The notes: a model not told the origin generated them from the letters alone. Counted from the first letter of the whole stretch, positions 13,001-25,939 are shown. The stretch is DNA of 62,010 nt, filler included, from Basidioascus undulatus (GCA_000826855.1; 7 parts of 7 records of this genome joined end to end with filler, not necessarily neighbours in it); one strand, 5' to 3'. A program made the numbers and translations.

Positions 13001-14212
13001 GTTTTAACCTTGCGTTTCAGCAATTTTGATCTGACTTGCGGTGTGTAACAGCCATTCAGTCGGTTCTCGAGTCAGTCCAAAACTGCGTAATACACGCGCG
13101 CTCTTTCGTTGCTGATCTTTTCCTTCTGCAGCGAGCTCAAGAAGCAGAACGACGAGAATCAGAAGCTGTGGAAGGTGATCGCGAGCGACATCATTCTTCA
13201 CAGTGCGTGTTTTGGGTTGCTTTGCTTGGGCTTGCGCCGACCCTGACCGCCGCGCGCCACAGACACTGGGCAGCACAAGGTAGACAAGCAGCATTTTCAC
13301 GCAGCGGACTGAGCGCTGAGATGCCATTGTTGCAGGCGACGACCACTGCCGTTCAAGACTCGAACAAGGCCGCTATCAAGATGAACATGAATGCCGCCGT
13401 CGTAAGTACACTTCAGGTCATACTCGTTCCATTCCAGCTCACCTTACACCCTCTGGAAAAACAGGACGACTTCAAGAAGCAACTCCTCCCCTCAGTTCAG
13501 GGCTTGATGAAAGAAATCGGCGACTTGCGCGAGCAGAAGCGGTGCGTCCTGCGATCTTGTGCCAATCCAAGAGATTCGACTGACTCCGACTTGCTTTGCG
13601 TTTGCAGCGGACTTCAACACGAGATTTCCGAGCTGTTCCATATCAAATCGAAGGCCGTGTCCGACGTAAGGCTTCCGAATCGCTTGATACGGCGGGCGCT
13701 ATCTGACTTGACCTCTATTTTCATGAATTGCAGCCACCCAAGGCGCCCGTGTTCGCCGACTACAACCCTCGCGCTCCCCCGCCTCCGAAGGTCGAGAAGA
13801 AGCCAGAACGGAAGAAGACCCCTCCGCCGCCAGCGTGGCTCGCTTGGCAGCGTGCGTACAGCGACCCTCCGCGCCTGCATGTTGCCTTTCACTGATGCCT
13901 TCTCCCTCCACGTCCGCCTTCACAGCCCCTCTCCAATTTCCCTTCTCCCAGCCTGGTCTCACACCCGGCAATATGCCCGTGCCCGGCGCGCCGCCCATCG
14001 CCGCACCCATCCCCATGCATCCTCCCACCGGTCCGCCGGCAGTGACGCCGTCGCCCGCTCCCTCGATGGCATTTTCAAAGACGGCAACACCTCCCGCGCC
14101 GGTGGGGGGACGACTACTCCCTTCACCCGCTTTCGGTGGGCGCCCGCTGCCCGGAAATGGAGGACCACCAGTACCGCAATACGGCGTTGGCGCCACGTTT
14201 GGCCCACGCTGA
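4045..14212 (+). CDS. Very large multi-exon protein: PH-like domain, long Ser/Pro/Ala/Thr low-complexity regions, Pro-Gly-Met repeats and C-terminal coiled coil (uncharacterised basidiomycete family)
   Basis: ATG at 4045. Exon ~5612-5994 encodes VRTGTLWYLHVHGQQPYRWVRATAALLP...VVTLDLATCRDVRSVPSP...LQPFVLVYEDGWERLATESASHRVQWVAALW (PH-type end helix with Trp). Later exons give HRYLGDLNTWLER (~10400-10490) and KQLLPSVQGLMKEIGDLREQKR/GLQHEISELFHIKSKA (~13465-13665). Stop at 14210-14212. Many GT-AG introns. A single gene is inferred, and not every junction was resolved. Confidence 0.7.
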
Positions 14213-14862
14213 TCTCCGTCTCTCTTTCCCATATTCCTCGCCTGGCGCGGACATATGTGTCTGGTGCGTCCGTTCCCTCTCGCACAGGTAGATGGAAGCT
14301 TACGCTTGCCGGCTTGGCGCAGTTGTTCTCTCTCCTCTATGCCAGGTTCCTGTTGTTCTTGCGTTCCCCCGTTCACGTACTTCAATTTCTCTGGTCTCCT
14401 TCGCATTTCGCATAGCATGCAGCACTTGGTTACCCTTCACATTCGTATCATCATACCCTTTCCACATTCGTACCCTAGTCATGCATGCATGCCTCTTTCG
14501 CTTCGATCCACTGAGAGCGCGCGAGTATCGGAAGAGCCGTCAGGATGCTGCAGGCGGTGACAGATGCGCGAAGTAAGGCTACGTCCCAACGGAAACCAGT
14601 ACGTCGCGGGCTGTGCGTATTAGCATCATGACTAGCGGCGCCGGGTAGTGGCACGACTTGAGCGTCCTCAACGACTTCGCCCTGATCCGCACGACCCCCC
14701 TCTTTGAAGCGGCCGACCCGTCCTTCACGCCTTTCTGAAAAAAGCTGACTAGGACTCGCTCGCGACCGACCGACCAGTAGCGAGCACTTTGGTATCCAGC
14801 GAACGGCCAGGCTGCATCCGCGAGACCACATCCGAAAGTCATGCGAAGGTGTAAGTATCAAT

Positions 14863-16457
14863 CTAGTCCGTCTGCTGCGCCTGCACCTCGTATCTCCGTC
14901 CGCGAATGCCCCAGACACCCCAGTTACTCCGGACCATGACCCTCGTGTCCTGCAATGCGCGGCCCTGTCAGTCACCGATCGCACCCAGGGCGAAAGGAAG
15001 ACGACGCACAAACTCCGCGACCTCCCACTTCAAGCTAGAGAACACGTTGTCGCCCGGCTCGATGACCATCTCCCACTCGCCCTCGACGCCCTCGTGCTTG
15101 CTCTCCCCAAGCGCCTGGACGTCGCGCTGCATGTCCGTCGGGCTGAACGCGGTGAGGAAGACAGGGCACTTTGACGCGAGCATTTGAGGGAGGGCGGTCC
15201 CCCACTCGCCCGCGACCTGGCGCTCGCCCGGGTGCGTGATGGAGGGGAAGCCGAGGCCCGGGTGGAAGACGAAGAAGGCGTCGGTGAAGGGATCGAACGG
15301 CCCGAACGAGTCGTGCACCTGCTCCCACGGCGCTTTGATCGTCGTCAGGCTCACCTGCCCGTCGACGGCCTCCGTGCGCCCTGGCACGCCGTAAAGCGGC
15401 AGGATGGGCGTCGAGGGGGGAAGGATCACTTCGGGCCCGACGAAGTAGATGTGGAAGCGCGCGTGCGGGAAGAGGTACGCCAGCTGCGACCAGATGTGCG
15501 AGGGGAGCGTGGACTCGGCCCGCGCGCCGGGGAGGAAGATCCGGATCGCGGGAGGGGGAGGCGCGGAGGGCGAGGGCGCCTTGTGGAGCATGTATCGGAG
15601 GGCTGTGATGGGGTGGGAGGAGGGATCGTGAGCGGGAGAGAGTAAGGGAAGAGAGGAGGTGGGCAAGCGTACCGAGGAGGGACCGCTCGCCTTCGGCGGA
15701 CACACGCCCGCCGGCTCGGACCGCGTAGGGACCCAGCTCGTGCAGGACACCGGCGATCGTCATGGGGTAGGAGAGGAGGCGGGAGAGATGGCGGCGGGAG
15801 CGGAGGTTGTCGACGGAGAAGAAGTTGCGAGTGTAGAGCTGAACCATTAGCACACTCCGGGGTTAACCGATGTCTTGAAGTTCATGTAGACTGATCACTA
15901 ACAAGAACATCCCATGATTGAAGAGACGGCGTCTCATCCTGGGGCTGCTCGCCTGCGAAAGAAATGGAGGTCAGCCTGCGCCGCGCCGCGCCTCGCCCAC
16001 AGGGATAAGACGACGTACGGGGCATCTCAAACTCGCGCATCTCGCGCCCACTCCTTAGATCATGCTCGTCCTCATTAACCTCCCTCAGCCGCGGGGCGTA
16101 CACCTCCCGATGCGTCTCGTCCTTCTCCCAGTCCTCCCTGCTCGCGTGGGTGGGGTACCCGGATATGGGGCACGTGTACGCGAGCGGGGTGCGGCCCGAG
16201 ACGGGGCACTTGCCCTTGGACGCGATGCGCTCGCCGAGGGAGCGCAGGGCCGGGATGGGCGAGGAGAGGAGCGGGTGGAAGAGGTTGTCCTGCGTGAGCA
16301 GCGGTGCGGGGGCGGAGGCGGGCTTGAAGGGCGCGTCGGGCTTGGACGGCTTGGAGCGCCCGAAGCCGAAGAGGGTGCGCGTTGTTGAGGGTACGCGGTG
16401 GGTGAACTGGAGGGCGAGGCGCGGGAGATGGCGGGGTATGGAAGAGGGTAGGGACAT
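14863..16457 (-). CDS. MSS51: Mitochondrial Cox1 translational activator / assembly factor Mss51
   Basis: Presequence-like N-terminus, then CPVSGRTPLAYTCPISGYPTHASREDWEKD...RLREVNEDEHDLRSGREMREFEMP, YTRNFFSVDNLRSRRHLSRLLSYPMTIAGVLHELGPY, IRIFLPGARAESTLP and FDPFTDAFFVFHPGLG. Last exon DTRVMVRSNWGVWGIRGRRYEVQAQQTD* ends at TAG 14863-14865. Confidence 0.95.
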
Positions 16458-17158
16458 GCTGAGAGGGCAAGGGCAGTCGTCAGTAGATGCCCTTTCTTGC
16501 GGTTAAGATAATGCGTGAAGGTATCGAGCATCCGTCAGTGCATGTATACGGTCTTCAGAGCACCAATAAAGCAGTGCTCCTCATGAGCCTGATTTGCAGG
16601 GGTCCAAGCCGGCAAAAGCGAAGCGAGAAGACCCGGAACTGGCCCTCCCCGCTGTTGTTGTACCCCCGCTGACCAGACCTCGATATAATTATTCGAGCCG
16701 GAAGACTATATCTCACCTGTATACCCGTCGAGAGCGCCCGACGACCGGGGAGGATGGGGAGGAGGATGGGAAGGAGGATGGGAAGAAGGGCGAAGGGCAG
16801 GCAGGGGAAGGGACACGGCGACTGGCGAGCAGGAAGGCGGCCGGCTCGTCGCGCGGGAAAGAGTTAGGGCCGACTGCGAGGTTGAGCGCCAAACTGTCGC
16901 TGCCTGCATCGGGTTTCACTGCTCGTAGGGGCTCTGCTCTTCTCCCCTGTGCAGTTTGTCGCAATTCATTTGTATCGTCCCCTACACTACAAAGTCTTCA
17001 AAATGCCGCCAGACACGGCCATTAGCACTGTGATCGGCCGAATGACACGTGACGTGCACCATGCGGCATCGAGGCGCCTCGCGATGCGCCTTCTCGCTCC
17101 TCGACATCTTCCCCTTATACCCCCATCACCGCACCGATACCCCTTTCCATATCGCACC

Positions 17159-18509
17159 ATGTCCGCACAGCCTATGCGTCTCACTCCCGAGACGTACGCG
17201 TCGTTGGTCGAAAAGTACGACACCTTCCTCTTCGACTGCGACGGCGTCATCTGGCGGGTCCGTCCAGCCTTCCTCATCTAAGCGGCAGGCGATGGTAGCT
17301 GAGGGAGTAGAGGATACGGGGGCATAGGGAACGGACGTCGTTCCGGGAGTACAGGATGTTCTGGCGTATCTGCGGTCCCATGGTTAGTCCATTGAGGAAA
17401 CAGGCAGAGGGCACAGGGATCACTTGCTCATGGGTTGGGAGGAACAGGCAAGCAGATCGTCTTCGTCACCAACAACGCGTCCAACTCGCGCCGGCAGTAC
17501 AAAGCCAAATTTGACAAGATGGGCATCGCCGCCGATCCCGTGCGCCCCATCCACCCCCGTTCTCACACCTCCCTCCCCATCTCACGCCGCGATTTCAACG
17601 ATTCCAGGAAGAGATCTTCGGCTCGGCGTACGCCTCCGTGGTTTATCTCAAGTACGACCTGAAGCTTCCCGCGCACAAGAAGGTATACGTGATCGGGATG
17701 ACTGGGCTGGAGGAGGAGCTCGCGTCGGAGGGCATCCCCTATCTCGGCGGGACGGACCCGGCGCACAACGTCCTCCCCGACGCGGACAACGCGTTCGACT
17801 GGAAGAAGATCAAGGACGAGCTCGATCCCGATGTTGGCGCCGTCCTATGCGGGTTCGACCTCCGGATCAACTACGGCAAGCTCGCGAGGGCGCACTGCTA
17901 CTTGACGAGCGAGCACCACCAGAAGGAGGGCATCAAGTTCGTCATCACTAATGACGACTCGACGTTCCCGCAGCCCGTGGGGCTGTTCCCTGGTGCGTCC
18001 ACGCCTTGTCTGCGTTTGATTTTTCCGCGTCTCCCGCTTTTCGACACTGACTGCGCTTGCTCAGGTTCCGGCTCCCTCTCCGCTCCCCTGCGCTACTCGA
18101 CCAAGCTCACGCCTACAGTCGTCGGCAAGCCCAACCCTCCCATGCTCGAGTGCATCCTGGAAAAGTGCGTCCTACACTTCTTCTACCCTCCCTTTCCGCT
18201 CACGTACACATTTCTCATTACGTCTCTTCTCTCCGCCAGGAAGCACCTCGATCCCTCCCGGACGATCATGGTCGGCGACCGGCTCGACACGGACATCCAA
18301 TTCGGCAAGAATGGCGGCGTGTCGACGCTGATGGTCCTGACGGGTGAGCCTTTTCTCCTCAAAATCCACTCAGTTCAGACTGGACCCTGGCGCTGACTGT
18401 TGGGTGATCAGGCGTGAACAAGTTCGAGGACATCGAGAAGCAGGGCATCGTGCCCGACTACGTCGTGGACTCGCTCGGCGACCTCGCCGTGCTGGCGGAG
18501 AAGCAATAG
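17159..18509 (+). CDS. PHO13: HAD-IIA phosphatase (4-nitrophenylphosphatase / phosphoglycolate phosphatase)
   Basis: Motif I YDTFLFDCDGVIW, motif II IVFVTNNASNSR, cap-region FVITNDDSTFP, VVGKPNPPML and motif IV IMVGDRLDTDIQFG. Final exon ...PDYVVDSLGDLAVLAEKQ*. Confidence 0.93.
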
Positions 18510-19811
18510 ATAGACGCATTATTGAAAGCGATAGATTGTTTCTGCTGATTAAACATTCACAGCGTACTTTTTCGAGCACAATAATTGGTGTTCCGATGAA
18601 GCTTTCGCACACAGCAACGGCGGGCTGAGAAACGATAATCTGACTGCACTGCAACGCAGCGCGCAGGCGACACATGGACTGCCTCCCAGCTGGGCTCAGC
18701 GGCGTTGCCACGCTACTGGTTCTGCTGGTTTTTCTTGGATTATATTTCATTCCTGGACCTTGGGACAGGTCTTGAGAGGATGAATTAGACCTCAATCCAA
18801 TGTCTGATGTATATGCGACTTTGGGCTTGCACGGCAGCACAACATGCGTCAAGGTCTTGAGAAGTTTCTGTTTCCCATTGTTGCACTCCATATGCATTAT
18901 TATTGACTTTGCAGAAGAAGTGAGAATGGTCTGAGTGCCAGAGGCGCGGGGGGCATGATGTACTTACGTCGCCGCCTGGCACGACTGCCGATGATGGCTA
19001 TGGCCATATTCTATCCTCGTGTTATTTGTTACTGAAGTGTGAAAGGCTTCCCAGTAGATCACATGAAATATCAAAACCTCTTCTTCCCTTGTACCCGAAG
19101 TCAGGTTGTTCGGCTAGCCTGACGAAGGTCCTGAAACTGTTCGCGTAGCGAGCATGTTAGTATTATGCTAAGTGCCGCACGTACAACGTCAAGGCTTCCT
19201 CGAGGGCCTTCCTATGGCGCAGCCATATTCAATAGACGCTGTGGGCAAACCCTGCAAAATCATACGGGCGACCGCTGACTGCACGTTTCGCAGTGCCACT
19301 GCCGAAGCGGCTTGATTCTGCCGACTTGCAACCGCGAAACAGTTTCCGTGTGAGGCAGAATCTAGTCGTTGCGGAAGTCAGGCCATTCTTCCGTTATGTT
19401 CTTCTTGCCCGCCCCTCTAACTGTCGTCGACCACATTGTTCCTAAACACGAGATCCATGTCTGTTGAGGCACCTCTAAGCCTGCGCTCTCTCGCGGGAGC
19501 TTTTGCTCCACAGTTGGACTCTCATCCACCCCCTTCTTTTCCGATCATCCCATCTCGAACCGAGGAGGAACAGTTGTGCGCGCGCTCGCTACTTTTTTGC
19601 ACAGTCATTGCTTCCGGTGCGTGCCAGTTGTCTCTTTCCGGTAAAAGACGTGATAAGCATAGCAGCAGGTCATCGACGCAGCCACGGATAAAAGGCGTGT
19701 CCTCCCCGCCGTTTGCTCTTGCCCCAAACCGCACCGGTCCTCATCTCCGTCCGCGCTCGAAACAACAAGTCACTACCATTCCTTACTCTTCCCAGACCCT
19801 AACCAATCCCC

Positions 19812-20513
19812 ATGCCCGTCATGATCAACACTCCTGCCAAGACGCACACCGAGGCCCTCCGCAACGCGAAAAAGCGCCGCTACGAGGAGAACGCTTTCTC
19901 GGATGCCTCGTACCTCGGTCAGTCTCCCATCATACAAAACCAAATTCGTAAGTCTCAACCTGAATCTGAACTTCTGGGAGGGGTGTCAGCAGCCAGCCGG
20001 TGGATCCAACAGGCCTCAGGCTGCAGAGGACGAGCAGGCGGCGTCCGTCGGCGGTTGCGACGCGAGCCACTACCAGTTCTTGGTGAGCCTCCTACCGGAA
20101 GAATGAGGAGCAGAAGCGTGAGGCGGAGAGGGCAATGGCCGGATGGAAACGGGAGAAGAGGAAATTGGTCTCGAGAACGCGTCTCTTCGCCAGGATCGGC
20201 TTCGCTTCGCGCGGAGAACAATTCGCTGGGCGAGACGCTTGACTCCGTCGAGCAGGTTCCCGAGGTAACAGTCGAGTGGGATGAGTGGAAGGCGGACGAA
20301 CGGCAGGGGCCCAGGGAGAAAGTAAAGGGCAGGTGGCAGGTTCAGGCCGACCACGCTTCGCTCCAGCGCGAGTACGAGGAGACCTGAAACGTCCGGGACT
20401 CGTACATCCGGAAGCTCGACCATGTTCTCCGAGAGCGCGACGAACTTCGCCGCCAGCTCTCGGAGCGTCCTCCTGTTGGGCGCGGGCGCTTCAGCGAGGC
20501 GGAGTCCGACTAG
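19812..20513 (+). pseudogene. Small spliced coiled-coil protein gene with an in-frame TGA
   Basis: ATG at 19812 and donor GTAAGT at 19948. The last exon reads VQADHASLQREYEET*NVRDSYIRKLDHVLRERDELRRQLSERPPVGRGRFSEAESD*, with TGA at 20385-20387 inside a heptad pattern. Middle splice phases are ambiguous. Confidence 0.35.
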
Positions 20514-21192
20514 GAGTACTAGCTAGCATACCTGTTCTTTTCGCAGTTCGAAGGGGTTTCTTGGCTCTCTGTGTACTATGCTCGATTGCCCACCGTGACC
20601 GTTGCATCTCCTGCTTAAATGACTCTCTGTCCTATCAATGTAGTGTGTGCATTACCCGTAATCGAAGCCTACACCTGTTGCGGGTGGAGAAAGAACAGTC
20701 TACAGCTGCCCGTGAGCGCCCCTGCGTGTTGAACGTTTACGATGGGCCACCTCGTCTGTGGCGTGCCATTTACTATCTTCAACTCGTCGTTTTTCTTATG
20801 GTATTTTTGCAAGGGCAGTCAATTCAGCCTTCGACAGCTTGCATTTCCTGGCTTTCCTCCTGAACAGCACAGCAACTTGGAATGGTTCCGACTTGCGGCT
20901 TGTTGAAGAGTACGTTGAAAGCTTCCCGCTCCATCGAAGTCCATACACACATCTGTCACATGCTCTCTTAATAGTACATTTGCAGCGATAGTTTCTCGAG
21001 CCTCCCCCCTCATGCCAGTAAAACTGGAGTCCCGGCTCGAGCGCAACCTCAGCGAAGCCGAACGGTTCGCTGTCCATAGCGCATGTCGCAACTGGATGTT
21101 GAGATATCACAGAACAGACGATTGGAAGGGAGCGGGAATTTGGTTGAGAATCTAGCCGAAGTGTTGTGAATAAATAAACGCTAATTCGGGCT

Positions 21193-21245
21193 GTCCTTCA
21201 TATGGCTACGTCCTTCATGTGGCTACGTCCTTCATGTGGCTACGT
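21193..21245. repeat. 17-bp minisatellite, 3 copies
   Basis: GTCCTTCATRTGGCTAC x3 (the first copy has A, the others G). Confidence 0.95.
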
Positions 21246-22185
21246 GACCAACGCACGGTGGTACAGCGCGCAAATGTCCTACCGCAAACAAAATGACCTA
21301 ACCGGCCGTCGTGGAGACACCGAAACTTAGAATAAGAGTTCCAGAATGGTAGATCGAAAAGTTCATTTTAACCCCAAGGACAAAATCGGAAACTGAAGTC
21401 GAATGATGATAACACAGTATTCGTGGTGCGACCTTTGCAGAATTGATAGCAATCGGTGGGAGCATGGCGGCGGGATTTCGTAGGTCTGCAGGGTTTAAAG
21501 ACATAATATCTGACTATCCAATCCAAAGTGGAACACGAAGAAGTTGAAGTCGAAGGGCAGGTCCGTGACACGGACGGCTGCGCTCAACGACCGCGTACCT
21601 CTTGAAGAGGCAAAATTCAGCGGTTGATGCTTTTCTCATACTTCTTGCATTGTGCCGCCCCTTCTGGAGCGACAGATCGCCCTACGCGGGGATGGCAGCG
21701 GCCCATGGGCGAAGGCGCGGCAGAGGCTGGACAGCACGGCCGACCTGCGTTCGAGTCCTGCTCCTTCAAAAGTGTGAGCTATTATTGGGGACGCCCTGCA
21801 GTTCTTCAATATCTGCATCAATTTATGAAGGACTAATATTTCTGTCATCAGAATGTCCCTTTGGTACCCTCTTCCTTCAGTTCGTTTCAACTAGTTCAAC
21901 CCTCCGACAGAAAGTCGGAGGCCAGCCTCATGCTGTGTCCTCTCATTACTCTCATTGAATCTGGGCAATTGAGAAGCCGAAAAGTTTCTGGCAAGTGCCA
22001 CTTCAAGCATTGTTGTGCATGAGCATGAAGAAAATGTGCTATTCCGCGTGCACATAGCCGAAACGGCACGCCTCCTGACAGACTGATGCGCCGCCAGTCG
22101 CTCCGTTGTGCCGTCCATCACCTCGCAGCTCGTTCTTTCCATCACCACCACCACCATCTCACTTTCCATTCCGCGCAGCTACTTA

Positions 22186-25100
22186 TCATAATTCCCTTTT
22201 GCTCACCTTCCACGCTCCTACTTTAACAACAACCTCCGTCTCGTTCTTCGCATGGCATCTCCGTCCCTCTCCCGACCATCCCACCCACCTCCATCCCGCC
22301 TTCTTCCGACGTACCGACTCGGCATCAGCGCCCGCCAGCCGCGCGCGCCCCCCCTCCGTCCTGAACGCGTTCGCGAGCCCGCGCAGCGCAAGCATCTGCG
22401 TCGTCTGGCGCTCCTTTGCGGGCGACGCTGCGGGCCACGAAGACGGGGGGAGGAGGATGTCGGTGCTGGGGAGGGCGGAGTGCGCGAGGAGCGCGCGGTA
22501 GAGGTCGAGTGCTGTGCCGACGCCGAATACAGCGTCAGTCTGGCCGAATTGGAAGAGCGGGTAAAGGGGAACGCACCAGGGAACCTCTCCGCCTCCGGCC
22601 AGCCCTGCACCACGCCCCTCAGCACAGCGACGTCCTCCTCCTTCACCTCTGCGCCCTTCCCGCCAGCGCCCACATACGCGCCGACGCGGCCCAGCGCGTC
22701 CAGCTGCCCATCCGAGAGCTTCAAAGACTGCTCGGTCGCCCTATCTCGTCAAAAAAGGTTGCTTTCGAAACAGTACGAGTGAAGACCGTACAGGATCGAT
22801 GCTCTCGTTCAGTTGCCGGATCTTGTTTTCGATCGCAGCGACGTTGGCTTGCGTGAAGGAGAGGAATGGGCCCTTGACGGGGAGGACGGAGGGTTTGGGC
22901 TGTCCATGCGCCGAGATTATCAGCGCTTTGTAGCCTCCTCAACACCGGCCGTAACACGTACTGGAGCAGGCTGCGTCGAGTAGGCGCCGCCGCCCGTGAA
23001 CGGATCCACGAACCCGCCCGCACCCGCGCCGGCGCCCGCAGCCGGTGCCGACCCCGTACCGGCGCGGTACCTCGAAGCGCCTGCATAAGCACGGAAAAGG
23101 TCTGTCTGTCAACAGAGCCGGACGACGCGAAAGAAAAAAACGGGGGGAAGAAATGGGAAGGATGGACGCACCAGTGTATGGATCGACATACTCGTTACTG
23201 CTCGGGCCGAGCTCGACACCCTTCGTGTTCTGCTCGATGAACTGGACTACCTGGTCGATGTACGCGAGCGGGAGCTCGTGCTGGAGGAGGAAGCGCTGGG
23301 CGGCGACGTAGGGGTTCTCTGGATTTTCCATTCATCCGCCGGAACCTTCCATCAGCATTCCCTTCCCTGCCTTCTCCAACCCAAAGCGAAGTGGGAAAAT
23401 GGCGCGAAAGCGAAGGGGAGGTGGTAAGGGAGAAGGCGGGCAGGTGGGGAAACGAACCATTCGCATTAAACGGCAACTTAAGCGGCGGTTGGCCTTCCGC
23501 AATATCCACATCAAACACGTAATCGTACTCCTTCCCGTCGGAATGGAGCTGCTTTCGCGACGACCCCACAGCGTCCACGACGTCGCCGATCTTCTGCCAC
23601 GTGCGCGTGGCGGCGGACCACTGCGCCGGCACCCCATCACCCCCATTAGACCAGACCCAGGACTGCGGAGAGAGGGAGAGAGGGAGAGGAGCGGAGGGGG
23701 GGGGGGGGATGAGAACGGACCTGGTGCGCTGCTACGGCAGTGCCTTCGCGAACCATGATGACCTGCCCGTCCTTCGTGCCTTCTCGCCAGCACCCACGGA
23801 TCAGTCCCGCCGTCCACTACCCTCCTTCCTTCCACCGTCGGTCCTTCCACCCCACCCCCCCGACGCACCATCCTGCGCGAGTGCCTCGGGCCCCTTCACA
23901 TCCGACATCTTCAGATCGCCCACTTGCTGGCTGTTCCCCCCGACCCCACCGCGCCCAATACTCAGCCACACCTCCGACCCCAGCCCAAAGAAAAGAAACA
24001 AGGTGGGACGCACGAATTGATACTCTGCTCCGCGACCTGTTTCTCGAATGCCTGTCCGTCCCGTACCGCACATCTCAGTCGCTGAGCTGCGTGCAGGATG
24101 GAAGAGCGGCCGACCGAACGCACCTGGCGCGTCGCCTCGTCCGCCCATCGCGCCGGGTCGCGCGTAAACACGCGCACGACGCCGTCGCTCGCGCCCGTGG
24201 CGATGTCGCCCGTCGCCGGGCACGCAGAGACGGACCATATGGAGATGGCTGGGTGGGTAAGGGTCTGGACGCACTCGCCATCTGCCCGTCACCCCCATCA
24301 GTACCTTAGTTTCTTTCTCTTCGTACAGAACAAGGACAGGGGAGATGGGGATGGGAAAGCGGGTGAAGGGGAAGAGGGAAGGGAAAGAGAGCATGACGCA
24401 CCCCGCCACACTTTCACGCTCCGATCTTCGGAAGCAGAAACAAGCTCGCCGGACGCGAGGGTGTCGACGGCGTAGACGAACGACGTGTGTCCCGAGAGCG
24501 TGAGGATGAGGTCGCCGTCGAACGTCCAGAGGCGGATCTCGCTGTGGATCCTCCCCCTCTCTCTCAGTAGCCGTTCTGCAGGGAGAAAGTGGGGGACTGG
24601 GACGCACGCGTCGTTCGAGCAGCTCGCGAACCACAGCCCGCCCTCGAGCAAGGCCAGCCCGCGCACAGCGTCGGCGTGCCCCGTGTACGTGTGCAGCAGC
24701 TTGCCCGTCGAGGCGGACCAGCGGCGGATGGTCTTGTCTGCTGAGGCTGTGGGTGGTCACGTGGTCAGCGATAATTGGGGAACACAGTACCAACGGAAAA
24801 GTAGAAGGTGGAAGAAGAAAGTGGGAGGGGAATGGAGAGGGAGAGGGAGAGAGAGAGAGAGGGGAAACCCACCGGTGAGGACCGACTGCCCGTCCGGCAA
24901 CCAGCGCACAGCCCACACGGACGCCTGGTGCCCCTTCAGGACGTGCACTTCCTTCCCGCCCCTCCAGATGCGCGCGGTGCTGTTTCCCCACCCACCCCGA
25001 GTGAGCTGCTGTGCAAGGATAGAAGGAGGGAGCCAACCGCGCCTGTCCCAAGACCCCGACAAGACGTCCCCGTTCGCCGCGACGTCCAGCGCACACACGT

Positions 25101-25505
25101 TCTCGTCGTGCCCCACGAGGGTAAGCACCGGCTCGCTCCCGTCCGGCGCGGTGGGGTCATGGAGGTTGATGATCCTGTCCTGTCCGGCGGTGACCACCAA
25201 TCCTATCCCCCTCCCCCATCTGCATCAGCTTCCCCTTCCACCCCTGCTCCTGCTCCTCCCACCAACGCACCCTCCGGGAACATCTCATTCGGCGGCGCGT
25301 ACGCCACGGCGTTAACAAAGCGATCGTGCGCGGTGAGCGTGCGCGCGATGTCCCACGCCTGCGGGGCGGACGGGTGCGGCCGCCAGATGCGTGCAGTGTT
25401 GTCCCGCGAGCCGGAGAGGAGGAGGTCTGCCTTTGGGAAGGACACGGTGCGCACATCTGCGGAGTGCCCCGGGAGGGAGGCGGAAAGCACGAAGTTGGAG
25501 GACAT
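22186..25505 (-). CDS. DOA1: Ubiquitin homeostasis protein Doa1/Ufd3/PLAA (WD40-PFU-PUL); 3' end of PUL not found
   Basis: WD40 repeats (GHSADVRTVSF...LLSGSRDNTARIW, GHDENVCALD...SGSWD, GHQASVWAV, GHTSFVYAV). PFU: WQKIGDVVDAVGSSRKQLHSDGKEYDYVFDVDIAEGQPPLKLPFNANENPYVAAQRFL...YIDQVVQFIEQNT...YVDPYTG. PUL start: SFTQANVAAIENKIRQLN...WPEAERFP..LDLYR...QMLALRGLANAF. The end coordinate is the read-through stop. Confidence 0.92.
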
Positions 25506-25939
25506 CGTGGGGGGAGGCTTTGGGGCCAGACTGGCACTGGGTGGGTGTGCGTGTGGGGGGTGCGGTACGGGTTCGTCGGGGATGCAGGCGCCGGCGGAGA
25601 TGGGGAATGAAGATCGATGGAGGGATGTGTGTACGATTTATCGGATGAACAGAATGCGCTTGCTCGAGATGGATGTTGGCAGTGAGCGAGCGAGCTCGAC
25701 GACCGCTCGACCTTGGCTTCGCAAGATGACGCAGGCGTCCGAGCATGCCCAGCTTGTTTGGCGGCGCACAAGGATCAGACCCTTGCGCGGGAAAAGCGAA
25801 CCAACTTGCCGCGCACGCCGACCTTCGCCCCGACGAGTCGCCCTCACCTCGTTCACCTCTCGCGTACGCATCGTCTCTGCACCATTTACCGCATTCCCGC
25901 CAATCGTCCCACACCTCCAATCCACAGATACCCACCATC

